NCBI GenBank assembly: GCA_019057865.1
Contig: JAHLWP010000034.1
Coordinates: forward strand, 1 to 48,469
Source: Promethearchaeota archaeon
GTDB taxonomy: Archaea; Asgardarchaeota; Lokiarchaeia; Sigyniarchaeales; SOKP01
Length of the DNA: 48,469 nucleotides
Direction: 5' to 3'
Position 1 is the first letter of the stretch; each line of letters opens with the position of its first letter. This document shows positions 38,886-45,683 of the stretch, in pieces. The position numbers and the translations under genes are program-made. The notes beneath the pieces are model-generated. The model did not search any database and had not been told where the DNA came from. It saw nothing but the letters and a program-made list of their open reading frames with translations.

Positions 38886-40543
38886 TGCCCGATAAGTTTT
38901 TGTGTGACACATCCATTGTCTTTAATGGATTAATTTTAGACCTTATAGAGCATGGTGAATTAGGTGAAAATCCTGAAATTTTGATTTCAAATATTGTTGT
39001 TGCTGAGATTGAATATCGTACGAATATCCATAAGGAGATAGGATTTTTTGGTTTAAATGTTCTAAAAAAACTAAGACAATTACATGCAGAAAATAAGATT
39101 AAATTACAGATTGTAGGGAGTCGCCCCTCTCGTGAAGAAATAAAGATGGCGCCAGGAGGTGAACTTGATGCCCTTATAAGAGAATCTGCACTCAAGAACA
39201 ATGCCGTTTTAATTACTGCTGATCGTATTCAAGGAGATGTTGGGATTTTTGAGGGATTAGAGGTTATGTCCGTAAAGGAAAGAGGGGCTCCTAAATCAAT
39301 GGAACCACTTACTCTTAAATTATTAGATTTTTTTGACGAAAAAACGATGAGCGTTCATCTCAAGAAGAATTTACCCCCTTATGCCAAGAAAGGTGGACCT
39401 GGCAATTGGCATTTAGTAAAGATAGGTCAAGATAGTATTTCATCTAAATTAATTGAAGAGATTGCTCTTGAAATAATTGAGAGTGTGAGAGAAGATAATC
39501 ATTCATTTATAGAAATTGAGAAAAGGGGAGCTGTTGTAGCACAATTACGTGAATTTAGAATAGTAATTACACGTCCTCCATTTTCAAATGATGTTGAAAT
39601 AACAGCTGTGCGTCCACTTGTAAGTTTAGAGTTATCAGATTATTCAATAGATGCAAAATTACAAAGAAGATTGCAAAAGGCTGAAGGGATTTTAGTATGT
39701 GGCTCACCAGGTGCAGGGAAAAGTACTTTTTGTGCTGCATTAGCTAATTATTATCTAAGTCAGAATAAAGTTGTTAAAACACTAGAAAGTGTAAGAGATT
39801 TACAAGTAAGACCAGAAATAACCCAGTATACAAAATTAGAGGGGTCTCTTGAGAATTCAGCAGATATTCTCCTACTTGTAAGACCGGATTTCACTATTTT
39901 TGACGAGGTTAGAACAACAAAAGATTTTGAAGTTTATGCTGATTTTCGTTTATCTGGAGTTGGTATGGTTGGAGTTGTTCATTCTTCATCTGCTGTTGAT
40001 GCAGTTCAAAGATTTATTGGTCGAATTGAACTTGGAATGCTCCCTTCAATTATTGATACAATAATCTTTATTGAAGGTGGTGATATATCATCAGTTTTAG
40101 TTATTAAAATGACAGTTAAGGTTCCATCAGGTTTTAGAGATAGAGATTTAGCAAGACCAGTAGTTGAAGTTAGAGATTACAAATCAGGTCAACTAGAATT
40201 TGAAATTTATTCCTTTGGACAAGATATTGTAATAAATCCAATAAAACCTAAAAAACCAAGATATAAACCAGATGAATATATGGATTTGTCTTCTTATAGA
40301 AAAAGCAAATCTAAAGCAGAACAAATTAATTTAGATATTGAAGTAAAGAAAGATAGGATTACTCTAAGAGCTTCTCCAAAATATGCGAGTCAAAATATCA
40401 TAATTTTTGCTAATCAAGAAGAGATTTTTACTGGCTCATTAAGTAGAAAAAGTGAAATCAATCTATCATTATCTAATAAAGAAGGAAGAAAAATTCTTAA
40501 AGAATTTGATAGAAATAAAAATATTTATGCTACAATAAAATAG
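38885..40543 (+). CDS. PIN-domain ATPase (PINA, PINc/VapC ATPase)
   Basis: N-terminal PIN DTS...D; Walker A GSPGAGKST; LLLVRPDFTIFDEVR; GVGMVGVVH. Confidence 0.92.
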   Translation: MPDKFLCDTSIVFNGLILDLIEHGELGENPEILISNIVVAEIEYRTNIHKEIGFFGLNVLKKLRQLHAENKIKLQIVGSRPSREEIKMAPGGELDALIRESALKNNAVLITADRIQGDVGIFEGLEVMSVKERGAPKSMEPLTLKLLDFFDEKTMSVHLKKNLPPYAKKGGPGNWHLVKIGQDSISSKLIEEIALEIIESVREDNHSFIEIEKRGAVVAQLREFRIVITRPPFSNDVEITAVRPLVSLELSDYSIDAKLQRRLQKAEGILVCGSPGAGKSTFCAALANYYLSQNKVVKTLESVRDLQVRPEITQYTKLEGSLENSADILLLVRPDFTIFDEVRTTKDFEVYADFRLSGVGMVGVVHSSSAVDAVQRFIGRIELGMLPSIIDTIIFIEGGDISSVLVIKMTVKVPSGFRDRDLARPVVEVRDYKSGQLEFEIYSFGQDIVINPIKPKKPRYKPDEYMDLSSYRKSKSKAEQINLDIEVKKDRITLRASPKYASQNIIIFANQEEIFTGSLSRKSEINLSLSNKEGRKILKEFDRNKNIYATIK

Positions 40544-40554
40544 AAGCTTCTATC

Positions 40555-41319
40555 TTATTTTTCTTTTAAGATTTGTTTAACCTTTTCCACTATTGGAGGG
40601 AGTACATCTTCAATTAAATCATCAAATCTTAGATCACATTCATAATCATAGGGTGTTTCGCCTTTATTTAATATTATCAATTTCGCTCCGCTTCTTTTAG
40701 CATAACCAGGCATATTGGCTGCTGGTGTAACAACTAATGATGATCCAACGACAAAAAACACATCCGCATTTTCAGAACGTTTTATTGATTCTTCTAATTC
40801 ATCATATGGAAGGGGATCCCCGAAATTTACAATGCTGGAGATAATTCTTCCTCCACAATTTGGACAAGTTGGTTGATCTTTTCGAACTCGTTGTGTTCTA
40901 TATCCTGGACCCCATTTATTTTTATCCCAACCAGCCTCTTCGAATAACATCTTTTTATTACATGATAAGCACTTTATGAAATATAAATTTCCGTGAAGTT
41001 CACTGAGTATATCAAAAGGGATTCCAGATTTAGCATGTAACCCATCTACATTTTGGGAAATTAAATAGTTTAACTTTCCCATTTCCATCAACTCCACAAT
41101 TGCGTAATGATTAGGATTAGGTTTCACTTGATCCCAAGGAGGGCTTCTTGGTGGAGGACGACCCTGATCTCGTCTAGTCCAAACGCCATCTGGGCCTCTA
41201 TAATCCGGTAATCCGCTACCAGTAGAAATTCCCGCACCAGTAAAAATTACTAATCGTTCTGATTCAGCTATCCATTTAGCAGCAATATCGATTTTTTCTT
41301 TCAATTCCATAAAAATCAA
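40555..41319 (-). CDS. NAD-dependent protein deacylase (sirtuin), class IV-like
   Basis: GAGISTGSGLPDYRGPDGVWT, SQNVDGLH, ELHGN, two CxxC, GSSL.V.PA. Confidence 0.93.
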   Translation of the reverse strand: MIFMELKEKIDIAAKWIAESERLVIFTGAGISTGSGLPDYRGPDGVWTRRDQGRPPPRSPPWDQVKPNPNHYAIVELMEMGKLNYLISQNVDGLHAKSGIPFDILSELHGNLYFIKCLSCNKKMLFEEAGWDKNKWGPGYRTQRVRKDQPTCPNCGGRIISSIVNFGDPLPYDELEESIKRSENADVFFVVGSSLVVTPAANMPGYAKRSGAKLIILNKGETPYDYECDLRFDDLIEDVLPPIVEKVKQILKEK

Positions 41320-41454
41320 TAAATAAAGCGAATATAAAAAGATAACGTCTAAAGATAGTATGACCTTTAAAAATTCTTAAATTATTAGATTGCTCTATTA
41401 GTTCCATCATTTTAAACGAGTATATCGTTTAAGCTAGGATACTGTGTAAAGATT

Positions 41455-42243
41455 TCATGATAGAAAGTCATCTAAAGTTGGATTTTTCATTATATAAGTT
41501 TTTTCATCATTTTTCGATTTATTTATGAATATACTTTTTGAATTACTGTATAATATTTTAGAAACTTGATCTACATCAATTAACTTTATATTTGCAATAG
41601 TTTCTATTATCTTAGGAAAGTCTTCTGGTTTTGTAATAGTACCTTTATACTTATATGGAGCGTTACTTTCTAATAATAGTCTATTTATAGGTATTTTAGA
41701 AATATATTTTTGATATTTCTTGAAATTGATAATGCATTTATTAAATGAAAAATAATAGCCATTTTCAAGAATCTTTTCGATATATTGAATATTTCCACTA
41801 TACCAGTGAAATACTACAAAATTCAGATTAAATGAACTTAAAATTTCTAAGATCTCTTCCTCGGCATTAACTACATGAAGTATAACGATTTTATCATATT
41901 TCTCAGCTATTTTTAATTGTTGTATTAAATATCTAAATTGAACTTTTAAAGAATTAAATTTTCTTAGAAAATCCAATCCACATTCACCAATAATATCAAC
42001 TTTTTCTTTAATAAGGTCTAATATACTACTTATTTCAAATTCGGAATATTTTTTATTTGGATGTAATCCAATACCTAAAAAAATATTCTTCTTTAGAGAT
42101 AATAATTGGTTTAAAAAAGTAAAAGAATTAATATCATCACATAAAGAAACAATGTTTTTTATATTAAAATAAAAATACTCCTTTATAACTGAAAGTGGGG
42201 ATTTAAATTGATCTAAATGTAAATTACAGTCGAAAAATTTCAT
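41455..42243 (-). CDS. qatD: TatD-family nuclease, QatD-like, with degenerate metal ligands
   Basis: GLHP, IGECGLDF, LH, FHWYSG, LLLESNAPY; N-terminal DCNLH. Confidence 0.75.
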   Translation of the reverse strand: MKFFDCNLHLDQFKSPLSVIKEYFYFNIKNIVSLCDDINSFTFLNQLLSLKKNIFLGIGLHPNKKYSEFEISSILDLIKEKVDIIGECGLDFLRKFNSLKVQFRYLIQQLKIAEKYDKIVILHVVNAEEEILEILSSFNLNFVVFHWYSGNIQYIEKILENGYYFSFNKCIINFKKYQKYISKIPINRLLLESNAPYKYKGTITKPEDFPKIIETIANIKLIDVDQVSKILYSNSKSIFINKSKNDEKTYIMKNPTLDDFLS

Positions 42244-42248
42244 TATTT

Positions 42249-43427
42249 CTATTGAGAATAATTAATTTTATATATTCTACTACTTTCATCATAAAAGGCT
42301 GTAAGTTTCCATTCAAAAGAATCTTTCTTAAGAGAGAAAAGAAAGTTATTACCCTGTACAAAAGTAGATAGAAAAATTCTTTCTAGTTCAGGAAAATAAT
42401 GTTTTAAAGACGCTTCAATATCCTCATTGCTAAAAGAATTATCCAGTTTAAAAAGAAACTTATAACATTTATTATCTGTATCAACTTCTATTTCTAAAGA
42501 TTCCCAAAAGTCCGATTCATATAATTTTAAACCCTTTAAACGTGGTCTATTCCATTCTTGAATATTATCACATAATATTAATAAACATCCAAAAGGATTC
42601 TTCAAAAAATTTACATTGATTTTTCTTTGTTTTTCAATTGAATGTATTGCTATAGCACAACAAGCAATATTTAATTCCTGTAAGTATTGAACCTTTAATA
42701 TTTCATTATCTAGAGAATCAATATCTAAATATATTGTATAATGTAAGAATAATGAACTCATTATACCATGATCACGCATTTTATAATTCTCAAGTAATTC
42801 ATTATAAATTATCTTCTTCTGTTCTTCTCGGTCATTGTTTTGCTTCAAAATAAATTTATTATTTTCTCCAATTATAATCCCCTCTGTAAGGATTTTCATA
42901 TAATCCTTAAAAATTTTATCAAGTTCATCAGATATTGTCAATCTAATCTCAGATAACTTTATACCTCCTATTCTTTCAAAATAAGTTCTCTGAATCTCAA
43001 TACCCAAATCAATTAACTTTTCAACCATATATCCAATATCATGATAAAAGGAAATTAAAAACCATGTCCTCAAAAATCTATTCATATTTGAAAAAAAATC
43101 AATCGGGAGACTTTCCACGTTTGCTCTTTCAACAATATAACATCCTAAGAGAAAGATTTGAAAAGAATGAATTAGATGGTCTCTGTAATATAAATATTTA
43201 TACAAAAAATCATCCTCGAATTTTTTCAAATTCATTAAAAATTGACGTGAATTTGAAAATCTTAAGAAATATCGCTCATGAAGTATTTTAAAAAGTTCAA
43301 GAGTTAATTCCCTTCTACGATTGATATTATCTTCATTAATATATTTTTTAATCAAATCTGTACCTAGATCTAGTTTTACATAATTCCAATGAATAGATTT
43401 TTCTAGTAGGAATTTATCTAATGTCAA
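42249..43427 (-). CDS. HD-domain metal-dependent phosphohydrolase
   Basis: RDH..H, HDIGY, DHG, AIH, CDNIQEW.R; TTG start 2 nt after the upstream stop. Confidence 0.8.
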   Translation of the reverse strand: MTLDKFLLEKSIHWNYVKLDLGTDLIKKYINEDNINRRRELTLELFKILHERYFLRFSNSRQFLMNLKKFEDDFLYKYLYYRDHLIHSFQIFLLGCYIVERANVESLPIDFFSNMNRFLRTWFLISFYHDIGYMVEKLIDLGIEIQRTYFERIGGIKLSEIRLTISDELDKIFKDYMKILTEGIIIGENNKFILKQNNDREEQKKIIYNELLENYKMRDHGIMSSLFLHYTIYLDIDSLDNEILKVQYLQELNIACCAIAIHSIEKQRKINVNFLKNPFGCLLILCDNIQEWNRPRLKGLKLYESDFWESLEIEVDTDNKCYKFLFKLDNSFSNEDIEASLKHYFPELERIFLSTFVQGNNFLFSLKKDSFEWKLTAFYDESSRIYKINYSQ

Positions 43428-43429
43428 TT

Positions 43430-44866
43430 TTATATAACACCTATTAAATCTGTGTCTTTTATTCTTTTACGTGTCTCTTCATAAAATTTATTTCTTATTA
43501 TGGTTCTAGTAATCAATTTATTTATTTTCCTATTGTAATAATTCCATATATAATAATCAGCATCTTGGTAGTCTGGATAAGTCTCAAAAAAGTAATACAA
43601 CCCAGTTAACATATCAAGAGCAAATCTCTTTAGTAATTGCCAAATATCCTCATAATATTTACTAATCTGTTCACATTTTTTAACAATAGGACGATATAGA
43701 TCATAATACTTATCCATCCGATGAATTCTTTCTTCTTCACTAATGCCTACATTTCTTCTAAGAGTTTGGTAACAAAACTTAATCAATTCTATAATCATTT
43801 TTGCTTCATCATTTGTATTGATATATGAAATATCTTTAGTAAAAGGATCTCTTTCATTATCAATATAATACCTTTTATCCTCATCACTTTTAGGATCTTT
43901 ATAATCAGGGTCATAGTTGTCATCATCATAATTTCCATATGCATAAGCAGAAAATCGTCTTACATAACATGGAAAACAAAAAAAACATGATTTCTTCTTA
44001 TGATAAAATACAGAACATGAATGAGATCGCTTTAGTATATCCTCTCGAACACTATCCATTAATTCTGCTTTTGTATATTCTCTAAAAGGTAATCTAACTT
44101 TTATTATTTCTTCATTCTCAAAATAGTTATATAAAAAAGTATTGAAAAAAGCTATAAACTCCGGATTTGTTGTATTTGTAAAAGTATGGGAACTTGTAAA
44201 AGGAGGATTAATAGTCAAGGGTCCATTTTCAGTTACTAAAATATTTTTTATCCCTAGAGCATAGTTTATAGGAACTGCATTACATAAATAAAGTAATGTT
44301 CTTGTTTGATTAATATTCATTTTTTCTATTCTATCTTTTCTACCTATATTTCTGATATCTGCTTTACTATAAAATTGGCCATCTACTTCAATAAGACGCA
44401 TTTTCAAATCTTTAATAAAATTCCTTATCATATCTATTGATGGAGTATTTTTATGATATATATGAGTAAAAATAATTTTCTTTTTATTCTTTAATACCCA
44501 ATGATTCGCACCGCACATACTGTCAACTCCCCCAGAGATAAGAATATTAGCATAATAGTCCTCAACATTTTCAGGTGTATCTATTTCATTATCAATTTCA
44601 TCAATTTCTTCAAATTCAACAAAAATCTTCTTTTTAATTCCAGTATACCTATATAATAAAACATTTATTAATCGGTCTAATGGTTTTTTTGAATTTTGCC
44701 AATTCCTAATATTTTTGGTCTCAAATATTAGATTATTATCTTCAGCAAACCTCTCAATGTAATAAATACATTTTCCAAATTGGGGGATCTCTTTTATAAA
44801 ATTAGGTATTTTATTATCAGGAAATAATGGTCTTATGTTCTTAAAAAAGTCATGGGACATTTCCAA
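43430..44866 (-). CDS. qatC: QueC-like PP-loop ligase of the QatC type (start could be ATG 44860, TTG 44866 or ATT 44884)
   Basis: SGGVDS, Q.R..LYL, ENG...INPP, T.TT.P.F, PF...TKAE, SCS...C..C.PC.VRR. Confidence 0.82.
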   Translation of the reverse strand: MEMSHDFFKNIRPLFPDNKIPNFIKEIPQFGKCIYYIERFAEDNNLIFETKNIRNWQNSKKPLDRLINVLLYRYTGIKKKIFVEFEEIDEIDNEIDTPENVEDYYANILISGGVDSMCGANHWVLKNKKKIIFTHIYHKNTPSIDMIRNFIKDLKMRLIEVDGQFYSKADIRNIGRKDRIEKMNINQTRTLLYLCNAVPINYALGIKNILVTENGPLTINPPFTSSHTFTNTTNPEFIAFFNTFLYNYFENEEIIKVRLPFREYTKAELMDSVREDILKRSHSCSVFYHKKKSCFFCFPCYVRRFSAYAYGNYDDDNYDPDYKDPKSDEDKRYYIDNERDPFTKDISYINTNDEAKMIIELIKFCYQTLRRNVGISEEERIHRMDKYYDLYRPIVKKCEQISKYYEDIWQLLKRFALDMLTGLYYFFETYPDYQDADYYIWNYYNRKINKLITRTIIRNKFYEETRKRIKDTDLIGVI

Positions 44867-44886
44867 AATTTCCGAACTTTTAATGG

Positions 44887-45240
44887 TTATCCCTCCAATT
44901 CCTTGAATAGGGATTTAATAGAATTAGCTTGTTTTTTTACAAGTGAGTCAACATACTTTTGGATTTTTTGAATTTCTTCTTGAAATATCTCTTGCGAAAA
45001 AATCTTATTTTTAATAAGAAAGTCTTTAAGTTCTTTAACTGAAGTTCTTATATTTTCTTTTAAATGAGAAATTAATTGTTCTTTGGTTTTACTTGGTAAT
45101 TCTTTAGTCTCGCCTGTAGATTTATCAATATAATAATTAAAGTTTGTACCTGTAAAATCTGTACTCATTATTCTCATAGATTCAGCATATAAATAATCTC
45201 TAACATATTCAATTAAAATATCAACATAATTTTCCGTAAT
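44887..45240 (-). CDS. helical protein, putative C-terminal part of a split QatB-like gene (frame open from ATT 45240)
   Basis: In frame with the upstream MGTAS ORF and separated from it by one TAA; GGAGGGG lies 7 nt before ATT 45240. Confidence 0.55.
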   Translation of the reverse strand: MTENYVDILIEYVRDYLYAESMRIMSTDFTGTNFNYYIDKSTGETKELPSKTKEQLISHLKENIRTSVKELKDFLIKNKIFSQEIFQEEIQKIQKYVDSLVKKQANSIKSLFKELEG

Positions 45241-45456
45241 TTAGATGCCCCTCCGAATATCTTTTGTAGAAATAAATGAATTAGCATCATCTAGAGCATC
45301 CATTATTCCTTGTGGACCGCTTACTTCAAGGGTAGCCCAATAAACAATCCTCGCTGCTGAATCATAGTCACTACTATCAATAAAATCAGAAAATAAAGAA
45401 GAACTATCAATTATTGCCTTATTTTTCCTCTTTCTCCTAACACTCGCAGTTCCCAT
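45241..45456 (-). CDS. 71-aa QatB-like protein beginning MGTASV (putative QueC-type modification substrate)
   Basis: ATG 45456 gives MGTASVRRKRKNK...; QatB N-termini begin MGTS; first gene of the cassette. Confidence 0.6.
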   Translation of the reverse strand: MGTASVRRKRKNKAIIDSSSLFSDFIDSSDYDSAARIVYWATLEVSGPQGIMDALDDANSFISTKDIRRGI

Positions 45457-45683
45457 AAAAGATCGACTTTTGGTAGAAAAGAATATTAATATTTGGTATT
45501 TAAAATATTTAATATTTTCCAAATTTTACTTTTTTGAAAAAAAGGGTTTTAATATAATAATTCTTAAAAATAAGTAAAAAAAGGATTTAAAAGATGAAAT
45601 ACAGGAATTAATAATGCTCCAATTACGCTACCTATTAAAACAAAGTTTGTATAAAAAATTTTATTAATAAAAACCTAATGGTG

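Noticed and set aside
40555-41319. Sirtuin as a SIR2 NADase effector of the adjacent defence cassette
   Set aside because: It has the canonical Zn-binding deacylase architecture and is separated by 135 nt; it is more likely the host gene bordering the island.
1823-43291. Short ORFs antisense to or nested in long genes (for example 1823-2026, 7646-7900, 9145-9537, 16379-16696, 28734-29033, 30176-30502, 38803-39201, 43064-43291)
   Set aside because: They are shadow frames of well-supported genes and have no recognisable motifs.
43430-44866. Housekeeping queC for archaeosine, or type IV CBASS Cap9
   Set aside because: About twice the length of tRNA-pathway QueC with QatC-type motifs; no queD/queE/tgt or CD-NTPase nearby.
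45457-45522. TTG start giving the 93-aa MENIKYF... N-terminal extension
   Set aside because: The extension is AT-rich, promoter-like sequence; the internal ATG yields the QatB-like MGT N-terminus.
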